IMG/VR virus record: IMGVR_UViG_3300028805_000046
Coordinates: 96,001-160,000 of that record
Strand: one strand, 5' to 3'
Length of the DNA stretch: 64,000 bases
Origin: a virus
Taxonomy: Duplodnaviria > Caudoviricetes
Position 1 is the stretch's first letter, and every line of letters starts with the position of its first letter. The position numbers and the translations under genes are program-made. Positions 18,159 to 26,194 of the stretch are shown here, one piece after another. The notes beneath the pieces are model-generated. The model did not search any database and was not told the origin of the DNA. It was given only the letters and a program-made list of their open reading frames with translations.

Positions 18159-18359
18159 ATGAAGTTCAGAATTAACATCACTTACACAAGGGAATTTGAA
18201 ATCCCAGCAAATGCAACCGACGAAGAGTACGATGAAGCCAAGGCCATCGCTATGCTCGGTATGCGAAACGTTGACGTCACGAAGTTCACAAAAGTTGAAC
18301 GCATTGACACACCGGCTGCGCCGCTGCCTAAGTATGAAATCAACAAGGACTGCGACTAA
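18159..18359 (+). CDS. Small hypothetical protein
   Basis: AGGAG SD; TAATG coupling to the next gene. Confidence 0.75.
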   Translation: MKFRINITYTREFEIPANATDEEYDEAKAIAMLGMRNVDVTKFTKVERIDTPAAPLPKYEINKDCD

Positions 18360-18967
18360 TGAAATATCTTGCTGCTATTAATGCACAGTGCTATTACGGC
18401 ACAGACTCACATTATGGTAAGATTGTCTTTGTTAAAGCATGCGACACGCCTGCAGAAGCAAAGACTATCATTGAAGAGACCTTGAAGAACTACAAGGTTG
18501 AAGAAGAACAGTTCACTGATAATATCACAGGCTGGAAAGACAATGAACTTCGTTACGTCTATCCAGAAGAATATGATGAAGTCAAAGTTTCTGACACAGA
18601 AGAATCTTGCGCCTTTGCTGCTAGCATTCTTGAATTTGACGAAAAGAACGGCGACTACTTGCTTCTTGCGCATTCATGCTTTGATGGTCCTGCAACTCCT
18701 ATCATTAAAGCACAAGGCGCTGCTTTACAGTGCAGAATTCATTCTGACCTTTACCTCAAGAAAATGCGTGAAGAAATGGATAGCTACCGCGATCTTGATG
18801 AAGCACAGTCTGACTCGCCTATTCTTGAAGCAGACCAATATGACAAGGCTTGGGAAATTGGTTATGCCTGGGTAAAGAATCCAACTGGCATTAACTTGAT
18901 TGACGGTTGCGAAGGCGTAGCTCTTTCCACTTCCATCGTTAACTGGAAAGAAGGCAAAGTTCTTTAA
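18359..18967 (+). CDS. Hypothetical protein
   Basis: Coupled ORF followed by a terminator. Confidence 0.8.
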   Translation: MKYLAAINAQCYYGTDSHYGKIVFVKACDTPAEAKTIIEETLKNYKVEEEQFTDNITGWKDNELRYVYPEEYDEVKVSDTEESCAFAASILEFDEKNGDYLLLAHSCFDGPATPIIKAQGAALQCRIHSDLYLKKMREEMDSYRDLDEAQSDSPILEADQYDKAWEIGYAWVKNPTGINLIDGCEGVALSTSIVNWKEGKVL

Positions 18968-18990
18968 TTTTTGTCAATTTTTATCTAACA

Positions 18991-19019
18991 GAGAGGGACA
19001 CTGATGTGTCCCTCTTTTT
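18991..19019 (+). terminator. Intrinsic terminator
   Basis: AGAGGGACAC/GTGTCCCTCT stem followed by a T run. Confidence 0.85.
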
Positions 19020-19058
19020 AGTGTATATTTCAGGCAAAGTCCTAATTTTCCATTCTTA

Positions 19059-19171
19059 AATTTCGTCAAAAAACGTCATTTTATTACACATTTTTGTGTA
19101 ATTCGTCCGAGATTCTTACGAAATTCGTAAATACGGTCAATTATACGGAAATCGTCAATATTACACAAAAA
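19059..19171. repeat. Nested inverted repeats and short direct repeats in a convergent intergenic region
   Basis: ATTACACA at 19083 and 19160, TGTGTAAT at 19095; TTACGAA-A-TTCGTAA palindrome; AAWTCGTC-like unit 4-5 times. Confidence 0.65.
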
Positions 19172-19193
19172 GCGGGTTTTTCGCCCGCTTTTT
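19167..19193. terminator. Bidirectional intrinsic terminator
   Basis: AAAAAGCGGG/CCCGCTTTTT. Confidence 0.85.
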
Positions 19194-19215
19194 CTTGTTT
19201 TGATTTCTGTGTATT

Positions 19216-20514
19216 TTATTCGTTAATTTCTTCGCCTTTAAGAAGTTTTGAAACTGCCTCTGAAGCCATGATTGCTTCATTGATGATATTGATGACTTCG
19301 GCGAGTGTCTTTACTTTAAAGTACTTCTGATTGACTGCATTATAGATTGCTCTAATCTTGTACTCAAAGCCTTGGTTATAAATGAGGTAACGGCAGTTAG
19401 GAGTATTGACAGTCACGCAGTCAGGCGAAACTCCGATAGGAGCATTTATCTTCTTTTCAAGAACCTTTGCGATATTCTGATATTCCTGAAGTGCAGACTG
19501 TCTTGCTGCCTTCAAGTCGCTTTCAGTAGATGGGTTCTTGTACCCAGGTTCTGTAACTCTTCGCATTGCGAGTTCAGAAGGATCGTTTGAGGTTCTACGT
19601 ACTTGACGTGGTCCAAGCTCAGTGACCTTCTTTGCCCAAGCAGGCTTACGGCCTTGGTTCAACATTCTGATGTCACGTGAACTTGGTGTCCAGTCATTTG
19701 CTTCATCGAGATTAAGATCGTTTACATTCATTGTGCTCTCCAATTTTATTCCATCAAATTCTTTAAGGTTTTTTGCTTTTCGTATAAGTGCCTTTATTGG
19801 GTCAACTTCTTTCTTTTTCTTTTTCTTTGGACGCCATTCTTCTTTCCATTCATAATCAAAGTCTTCACGTTCAACTTTTGTAATGAACTGAGGCGGAATG
19901 TTGTTTACAAGAAATGCGCCATCAAGCGTAGTTGGGTCAGGATAAAGTTTATATCCTTTAGGAATAAGAATCTTATAAAGATAAGTATGACCAGTTGGGC
20001 TATCATGCTCGTTAGAGACCATTGTGTTGGCGTGGTCAATAGAATCTTCATCAAACATTACATAAATTCGTCCGTGGTAAATGTCAAAGTCAGGATCTTT
20101 TTCCCTGCTTCTGCAACGAATGCCTTTGACATCAAGGTCGCCAATTGGACTGACGTGCCAAGCAACTCTAAGTCCAGACTTTTCATCAAATACGAAATTG
20201 TCATCATGTAATGAATCTTCTGGCGAAAAGTTATCAGGAGTTATCCATACATCGCTTTTATGGAAGCTAGCAAGAAATCCACAAGCAGCACAAATTTCAG
20301 CCAATCGTTCTTTCTTGATGTAACGATAAATGCTTCTTCTAAAGATGATAATGTCATCGCCCATATTTGACGATGGATCTTCAAATTCCTCTGACGACTT
20401 ATCAAAAGGCTCTAGCTCGTGGTCAATCATTCGGTAAAACTTGTAACGATTGCCGTACAATGACTCGACTAGGCTTCCTTTAGCGTATTCTGTAAATGTC
20501 TGATTGTCTAACAT
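19216..20514 (-). CDS. Late protein with a putative ADP-ribosyltransferase-fold domain and a separate C-terminal domain
   Basis: AWHVSP…KGI…GRIYV…LYKI.IP…PDP…NNIPPQFI resembles the Tpt1/KptA/Arr-type ART fold. In-frame internal SD+ATG at 19731. Confidence 0.6.
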   Translation of the reverse strand: MLDNQTFTEYAKGSLVESLYGNRYKFYRMIDHELEPFDKSSEEFEDPSSNMGDDIIIFRRSIYRYIKKERLAEICAACGFLASFHKSDVWITPDNFSPEDSLHDDNFVFDEKSGLRVAWHVSPIGDLDVKGIRCRSREKDPDFDIYHGRIYVMFDEDSIDHANTMVSNEHDSPTGHTYLYKILIPKGYKLYPDPTTLDGAFLVNNIPPQFITKVEREDFDYEWKEEWRPKKKKKKEVDPIKALIRKAKNLKEFDGIKLESTMNVNDLNLDEANDWTPSSRDIRMLNQGRKPAWAKKVTELGPRQVRRTSNDPSELAMRRVTEPGYKNPSTESDLKAARQSALQEYQNIAKVLEKKINAPIGVSPDCVTVNTPNCRYLIYNQGFEYKIRAIYNAVNQKYFKVKTLAEVINIINEAIMASEAVSKLLKGEEINE

Positions 20515-20520
20515 ACAATT

Positions 20521-20532
20521 TATTTATAAATA
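20521..20532. promoter_or_regulatory. Palindromic bidirectional late promoter TATTTATAAATA
   Basis: Contains TATAAATA on both strands, between divergent genes. Confidence 0.75.
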
Positions 20533-20555
20533 GTTTGTATTAAGAGGTGATTTGA

Positions 20556-21458
20556 ATGTTTAAGAGAAACGAAAATTTGCGTGGCGGTGGTGAACGAATC
20601 CCGATGACGCCAGAACAACTTCAGGAGTACTTGAAATGCAAGCACTCGATCTTCCACTTTGCGAAGTACTTTACTATTATCGCAGCCGATGGTGAACACC
20701 CAATTAAATTGCGTGAATATCAGGAACGATTGGTAAAAGCGATTACGATGAAAGTTCCTGAAAAGAACAACCGAATCATTATGATGGGTCGTCAGTCAGG
20801 TAAGACTACTATAGCTACCCTCTATCTTACATGGTTCGCACTGTTCAATAAGTCAAAGACGATTGCGATTCTTGCAAACAAGGCAGAACAGGCAAACGAA
20901 ATTATGCTCCGTATTCAGCAGGCGTACATGAACCTTCCGCTTTGGCTGCAGCAAGGCATTATGAAGTGGAACCAAGGCGAGATCATTCTTGAAAATAAGT
21001 GCCGAATGTTCTCTGCTGCATCTTCATCTTCATCAATCCGTGGTAAGACCGTTGACCTTGAACTAGTGGACGAGTTTGCTCACCTTGATGACAACGTTGC
21101 TGACGCATTCATGCTTTCAGTTTTCCCGACGCAGTCTTCGCGTCCTGACTCGATGTTGTTGCTTATTTCAACGCCTAAGGGTATGAACCACTTCTACGAC
21201 ATCTGGCAAAAGGCCAAGGCTGGTAGAAATTCATTCATTCCTTGTAAAGTTCAGTGGTACGAAATTGAAGGCCGTGATGAAGCTTGGAAGGAAAGAGTTA
21301 TCCGAGATAACGGTAAGCGATTCTTCGAGCAGGAATTTAACTGCCTTACTGGTGACCAGCTTGTAACTGTTCAAGACGACGATGGCCACGTCAAGACTGT
21401 TCCTATCGCTGACATTTACGAATGGTACAATGATCTAGCTGATTTGCAGCGTGAATAA
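20556..21458 (+). CDS. terL: Terminase large subunit ATPase half (T4 gp17-like) fused to a 38-aa split-intein N-fragment
   Basis: LREYQ, GRQSGKTT, ILANK, IRG, VDEFAH, ISTPKGMNHFY, FEQEFN, then CLTGDQLVTV… and stop. No nuclease domain. Confidence 0.92.
   Translation: MFKRNENLRGGGERIPMTPEQLQEYLKCKHSIFHFAKYFTIIAADGEHPIKLREYQERLVKAITMKVPEKNNRIIMMGRQSGKTTIATLYLTWFALFNKSKTIAILANKAEQANEIMLRIQQAYMNLPLWLQQGIMKWNQGEIILENKCRMFSAASSSSSIRGKTVDLELVDEFAHLDDNVADAFMLSVFPTQSSRPDSMLLLISTPKGMNHFYDIWQKAKAGRNSFIPCKVQWYEIEGRDEAWKERVIRDNGKRFFEQEFNCLTGDQLVTVQDDDGHVKTVPIADIYEWYNDLADLQRE
21342..21455 (+). mobile_element. Split intein N-fragment (IntN, 38 aa) in TerL
   Basis: CLTGDQLVTVQDDDGHVKTVPIADIYE is an intein block A/N2 pattern, at the QEFx|C site. 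Confidence 0.85.
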
Positions 21459-21465
21459 ATAAAAC

Positions 21466-21783
21466 ATGGAAAATATCACATATAGAACAAGTTTGCTTAA
21501 GACTGAAACGGTTGATGGTATAGTCCAGAAGGATCTTGGGTCTATGAACTTCGGCGATTTTGATTTCGGCGAAGATCGTTGGTACAGATGTTCTTGGATG
21601 GACGTCGGGAGACCAGATAGAATTTCAAAGATCATTTACGGGACTACCAACTACTGGCACTTTCTTATGTGGTACAACGGCATTAGTGATGTTTGGAATG
21701 ATATTCGTGAAGACATGCTTATCAAATATCCAAACATCAATCTTGTGCGTGAAGCATTTAAGAATTATGGAGTAAAAGAATAA
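21466..21783 (+). CDS. Baseplate wedge protein, T4 gp53-like (LysM-like)
   Basis: GRPDRISKIIYGTTNYWHFLMWYNGI motif. Confidence 0.8.
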   Translation: MENITYRTSLLKTETVDGIVQKDLGSMNFGDFDFGEDRWYRCSWMDVGRPDRISKIIYGTTNYWHFLMWYNGISDVWNDIREDMLIKYPNINLVREAFKNYGVKE

Positions 21784-22172
21784 TGGACGTAAAGAAGGCA
21801 GTTGATTTACTCATAAAAGAAGGCGCTATCGTAGAGCGTCCTTTAAGTGAAACCGTTGATTTCTTGAAAAAGAACGGCTGTGAAGTTCTTAATGAAAATG
21901 AAATGGCAAAATATCTTATGGACAGAGTCTATCAAGTAGCGACTGAGATTTACGCACGAGAGATTGACGAAAACGTGCCCGATTTGGATGGTTCTAACCA
22001 GCCTTCTCGTGAATATTTGGAGCGATTTGATTATCTATCTGACAATTTAAAAAATGCGGTCAAAAGGGCGTCTGTGGCCTTACAAAACGATTTGAAATCT
22101 CAGGGTATTGACATCAACATTCAGAATATCCAAAACGAAATCTATGGCGCATTGAAACTTTACAGTAAATAA
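21783..22172 (+). CDS. Hypothetical protein with a duplicated A/T-V-D-x-L-x-K-x-G N-terminal motif
   Basis: TAATG coupling. Confidence 0.75.
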   Translation: MDVKKAVDLLIKEGAIVERPLSETVDFLKKNGCEVLNENEMAKYLMDRVYQVATEIYAREIDENVPDLDGSNQPSREYLERFDYLSDNLKNAVKRASVALQNDLKSQGIDINIQNIQNEIYGALKLYSK

Positions 22173-22196
22173 ATATTTTAACAAAGGAGAAATAAT

Positions 22197-22673
22197 ATGG
22201 AATGCCGTGTTAGCGATGAATACATCAGAAATGCAGTACGTTTTCTTAAGGAAGACTACGATGAAGAAACACCAGCTTCTGTTGATGACAATCCAGGCGT
22301 CCCAGGCGTGGCAGACGAATTTGAGCTTGATGATCTAAACCTCGAAGAACCCGAAGGTGAAGAAACAGAAACTTGCGTTGACTGTCCTGACTGTGGCGGA
22401 ACTGGAAAGGTCACCGATGAAGATGGCAACGAAGTTGACTGTGAAACTTGCGGAGGCGAAGGATGCGTTGCAGTTGAAGACGCAGAATTTGACTTTGACC
22501 CATCTACTGGCGTTTGCCCGTGCTGTGGTTGCAAGTTGAATGTCATTGACCCATCCGCTGAAAGTCTTGCAGGCGAGGAAGAAGTCCCACCTGCCGGAGA
22601 GGAAGTTCCTCCCGAAGACGGACTTGAAGACGGTTTGGAATCAGATGATCTAAACTTCGAAGAAGATCAGTAA
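22197..22673 (+). CDS. Highly acidic protein with DnaJ-type CxxCxGxG zinc-finger motifs
   Basis: CPDCGGTG…CETCGGEG plus CPCCG; AAGGAG SD; late promoter. Confidence 0.8.
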   Translation: MECRVSDEYIRNAVRFLKEDYDEETPASVDDNPGVPGVADEFELDDLNLEEPEGEETETCVDCPDCGGTGKVTDEDGNEVDCETCGGEGCVAVEDAEFDFDPSTGVCPCCGCKLNVIDPSAESLAGEEEVPPAGEEVPPEDGLEDGLESDDLNFEEDQ

Positions 22674-22693
22674 TAAAGAAAAATCATTCTTAT

Positions 22694-22721
22694 AAAACCG
22701 CGGACAAAATCTGCGGTTTTT
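22694..22721 (+). terminator. Intrinsic terminator
   Basis: AAAACCGCGGA/TCTGCGGTTTT. Confidence 0.85.
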
Positions 22722-22751
22722 CTTTTTTCAGAAAACATTATTATATTTTTA

Positions 22752-23095
22752 CCCGTTCAATAAAAGCCGTTTCCTCGGAACGAACAGCAACCCAATGCGA
22801 GTATCGGTAGAGGGACGCCATTGGAGTTGTGATGTAGGCAACTTCCGTAAAATGAATGGGTAGAAAGTTTCCAGTTTATCTGATGTATGCTTGTCACCAT
22901 TAATGAATTTCTACAAGCGAAGAGAGGAATCACAAATCTCTCATACAGCCGCCAATAGCACTCAAGGATGTAGTCGGAATACAGGTTGACCGCTCCGTAA
23001 GCCTTGATGGTAAGTCTACTTAAGTCATGCAGTTACACAGTTATAAGAAAAAAAGCATGATGACAGTAAGTTCCTGAATAGGCTTACTGTCTTCA
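22752..23095 (+). ncRNA. Candidate structured non-coding RNA of unknown family
   Basis: No ORF of 60 aa or more; TATATT -10 at 22742; at least 7 helices, including a long-range one; strong terminal hairpin 23062-23091. Confidence 0.55.
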
Positions 23096-23175
23096 GTTTC
23101 CAGTTTCAGAAAAAAAGGATAGAACTTTTAAAAAGGACAACCAGCTTGAATAAATATCATAGAGGTATTTAGAAG

Positions 23176-23808
23176 ATGGTTGGAATTAAAAGCGTTTGGA
23201 ACAATCCTTTTTATAAAAACTTCAAGCCTATTCCGAAGTGGGCTTATGTAGTTGATTTTAACGGATTCATTCTTCACAATGATCCGGCTATTCAGCATGA
23301 AATGATTGACTCTTACGCTGATCTTCTTAGCCAAGCTATCATTAAGCACAAGTTTGGCAAGCGCGAGATCTCAATCGTCAAGTCATACTATGCTGGCATT
23401 GAGTCAAATAATCCTGGTCGTGTCCAGAACTGTGGCGAGCTTGACCTTATGTTCAATGAAGACCAAGAAATGCGAGTTAGCAAGTGCCTTGATGAAATCT
23501 TCAATGGCGAGTGCAGCAACGATGAGTACTTTGAAGGAAAAGGCGCTTACATCGGTAATGTCAAGAGTGGTTTCAATAAGACAGATAGATCTATCACTTT
23601 GACTATTCTTAAGCCTCGTCCACAGATGTCTTCGGAAATTTCAGAGCCACAGTATCAAGTCGCTGGACAGTATACCTTCCACAACTGCATCTTGACTATC
23701 ATCAATGAAGAAGAGATGGACTATGATGACAAGGAAGGCATCGTCACACGAACAGCAAGAATTTCATACGACTGGATGTACGACCACCGTGCAAGAAAGA
23801 GGGTCTAG
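23176..23808 (+). CDS. Tail tube-fold protein (gp19/gp54-like)
   Basis: W.Y.V.F…G.LDLMFNED…YTFHNC…ISYDW pattern; late promoter. Confidence 0.6.
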   Translation: MVGIKSVWNNPFYKNFKPIPKWAYVVDFNGFILHNDPAIQHEMIDSYADLLSQAIIKHKFGKREISIVKSYYAGIESNNPGRVQNCGELDLMFNEDQEMRVSKCLDEIFNGECSNDEYFEGKGAYIGNVKSGFNKTDRSITLTILKPRPQMSSEISEPQYQVAGQYTFHNCILTIINEEEMDYDDKEGIVTRTARISYDWMYDHRARKRV

Positions 23809-23811
23809 TAA

Positions 23812-24381
23812 ATGAGCGGAATACAGAAAGTACAGAATTACATGAGAAGAGGACACGCAAATCCTGTTCCGACTTGGCTCTTTGATGTCCAGTTCTTTTT
23901 CGCTGAAGAATTTAAGACTGTTTACGGCATTCCAAATGATGTCAGCAACATGGACTCATTTACTTGCATTAAAGCAGATCTTCCGCAATATGAAAACACG
24001 CAGAAAGAAGTAAACTTCCTTGGAACTGGAAAGACAGTGAATGTCTGCCGACAGACAAAGGGCGAGACTGTTCTTCAGTTCTGGTGCCGTGAGAATGAAA
24101 AGACATATTCTTACCGTGGGAGCAACGTGAACTTCCTTGATACGATAGTTCCTCGTGGAGGTGGACGAATTGAAGATGACTGGATTCATGCCGAATTCAT
24201 TCAGGTGCTTGATGAACTTCAAGTCACAGTCTACAATTCAGATGGTAGCGTGTTTAGAAAGTTTAGATACTTAAATCCACAAGTAAAGGCGTTCAACTTT
24301 ATTGGCGAAATGGCTTATGAAGGAGAAGCTGGACTGAAGTGGGAACTGAAAATACATTATGACGCTTGGGAAGAACTATAA
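23812..24381 (+). CDS. Tail tube-fold protein (gp19/gp54-like)
   Basis: WLFDVQF…ADLP…FLG…FRYLNP…IHYDAW; paralog-like to the previous gene. Confidence 0.6.
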   Translation: MSGIQKVQNYMRRGHANPVPTWLFDVQFFFAEEFKTVYGIPNDVSNMDSFTCIKADLPQYENTQKEVNFLGTGKTVNVCRQTKGETVLQFWCRENEKTYSYRGSNVNFLDTIVPRGGGRIEDDWIHAEFIQVLDELQVTVYNSDGSVFRKFRYLNPQVKAFNFIGEMAYEGEAGLKWELKIHYDAWEEL

Positions 24382-25781
24382 TGAACGCAGCAGATATTTT
24401 ATGTGAATACATTTACGCATCATTCTTAACAGTAGAAGCAGCTCTTGAAGTAGCAGTCTCTGCGGCTCAAGGCGTATTGCGTACTATCACTGCGTTCTTT
24501 GACGCTGTCATTTCATTGCTTGAGTTTACGATAGATCCAGCGATGAACATCATACTGGACGGCGTCCGAGTCATACAGAAAAAATTAGTAGACCTCATCT
24601 GGGACGGGTATAAGACAGACCCACAGACAGGCAAGAAGAAAAGCAAGTTCTGTCAGAATCTCTTTAAATGCAATATCTTCGTTGAAGAGCTTACTGACCG
24701 AAATTCATTGACTTGTTCAGTGTTAAGAAAGCTTGGCGTACTCGATGAGACAAAGATTGATTTTCTTAACAGCGTCATTCAAGATTACGAACAGTTCCAG
24801 TCAACTATCTGTAACTTCGGATTTACTTTCAATTTTGGTCTTTCTGCATTGAAGAAAATCTTGATGACATACGTCGAGACGATTTCAGGATTTATCAAGA
24901 TTCTTGAAAGCAAGAAGAAAGGCATGAAACGCCTTTTGCAGTCATACATTGACCGCTTGATGGACTTGGGAATATTTGACTTGCTTCTAAAGCTCAGAAA
25001 GTTCTTTAGCTGCGTGCTTTCAAATTCTGATACTTGCGCTAACATCGCAACAGCAGCGAACTACTATGCAGATGTTCTTGGTAAGTTGCATATTCAAGAA
25101 AACGGCCTTGGCGGCTACATGCTTAATAGCGATGACTTGAACAAGTACAACAATGTATTTGACTCTCGTCTTAATAAGATAGGCGAAGCAAAGCAAGAAC
25201 TGCTTGGTATCATTGACTCGCTTGTAAACCCGTCAGAAGTAGTCGCTGCTAACAAGGCGTTCAATCTTTCAACGAATATCTTCCCAGGTGGAATGAGCTG
25301 GTCTGACATTAAGAATGGCGACTGGCGAAATAACAGAATGACGAAGTACTTGAAAGTTAAAGCAGATGCATTTTTGAACGCATTTGTCACAAAGCACGAA
25401 AAAGATCTTGGCGAAAGCTATGAAAGTGTCTCGACTGAGTACTTGATTTCTGGAATGACTATCAATGACCATACTGGCGAAATCCGAATGCAAGTCAATA
25501 AGATTGATGAAACGATAAATCCAGAAACTGGTTTAAATATGGATGGGTATGATTACAATCTGTTTGAAGTTGTAAACTGCGACATCGAGTACAACATCGC
25601 AGCAGATGAAAACCCAGATGCTCCTGAACCAATCCTTTGGAACGGTGAACTTATTTCCGGACTACGTGCAGCAATCATGGCTAGCGTAGAAAACGATAAG
25701 AAGATGCAGGAGTACATAACAAGTGTTCATACGAAAACCGCTGATATGTTCAGCGAAGGTGAATTAGTGACAGAATGGTAA
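24381..25781 (+). CDS. Hypothetical helical protein
   Basis: TAATG-coupled start at 24381; long ORF. Confidence 0.8.
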   Translation: MNAADILCEYIYASFLTVEAALEVAVSAAQGVLRTITAFFDAVISLLEFTIDPAMNIILDGVRVIQKKLVDLIWDGYKTDPQTGKKKSKFCQNLFKCNIFVEELTDRNSLTCSVLRKLGVLDETKIDFLNSVIQDYEQFQSTICNFGFTFNFGLSALKKILMTYVETISGFIKILESKKKGMKRLLQSYIDRLMDLGIFDLLLKLRKFFSCVLSNSDTCANIATAANYYADVLGKLHIQENGLGGYMLNSDDLNKYNNVFDSRLNKIGEAKQELLGIIDSLVNPSEVVAANKAFNLSTNIFPGGMSWSDIKNGDWRNNRMTKYLKVKADAFLNAFVTKHEKDLGESYESVSTEYLISGMTINDHTGEIRMQVNKIDETINPETGLNMDGYDYNLFEVVNCDIEYNIAADENPDAPEPILWNGELISGLRAAIMASVENDKKMQEYITSVHTKTADMFSEGELVTEW

Positions 25782-25790
25782 GGTGAATTT

Positions 25791-26192
25791 ATGAGTATAG
25801 AAAAAGAACAAAGAGACATTCTATTTGAGGCTTGCAGACAGATAGCGACAAACAAGAGAACTCCGCCCTGGATTCAAGGCTATTTGACTCAAGCAGTAAT
25901 CAAGGCAAAATCAGTAGCTGAAAACGGCGGCGCATTTCCTGAGTCGCTTGATGCCGGAACGAAAAACAATATTGAAGAAAAGCCTGCTGCAGAACCTCTT
26001 GCTGTCGGCGATGATGTCTCGACGAAAATGTTTGATAAGACAACTTACTTAGCAAAGATAGTAAGAGATGATGGAATTTGCGATGGCGTTCAACTATTCA
26101 GCATTGGAGAATTGAGAGGAAACGGTCCTCGTGGAGAAATTGCTGGATATGTCATTCCAAACGTTCCAGCGCATTGGCTAAAGAAGGAATAA
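25791..26192 (+). CDS. Hypothetical protein
   Basis: AAGGTG SD. Confidence 0.75.
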   Translation: MSIEKEQRDILFEACRQIATNKRTPPWIQGYLTQAVIKAKSVAENGGAFPESLDAGTKNNIEEKPAAEPLAVGDDVSTKMFDKTTYLAKIVRDDGICDGVQLFSIGELRGNGPRGEIAGYVIPNVPAHWLKKE

Positions 26193-26194
26193 AG

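Noticed and set aside
20556-21458. terL as a simple truncated pseudogene
   Set aside because: The ATPase motifs are intact, and the ORF ends in an intein block A starting exactly at a known TerL intein junction, which fits a split gene better.
22752-23095. tRNA, tmRNA, RNase P RNA or CRISPR array in the large intergenic gap
   Set aside because: No cloverleaf or T-loop with CCA end, no GAGGAAAGUCC motif, and no regularly spaced direct repeats.
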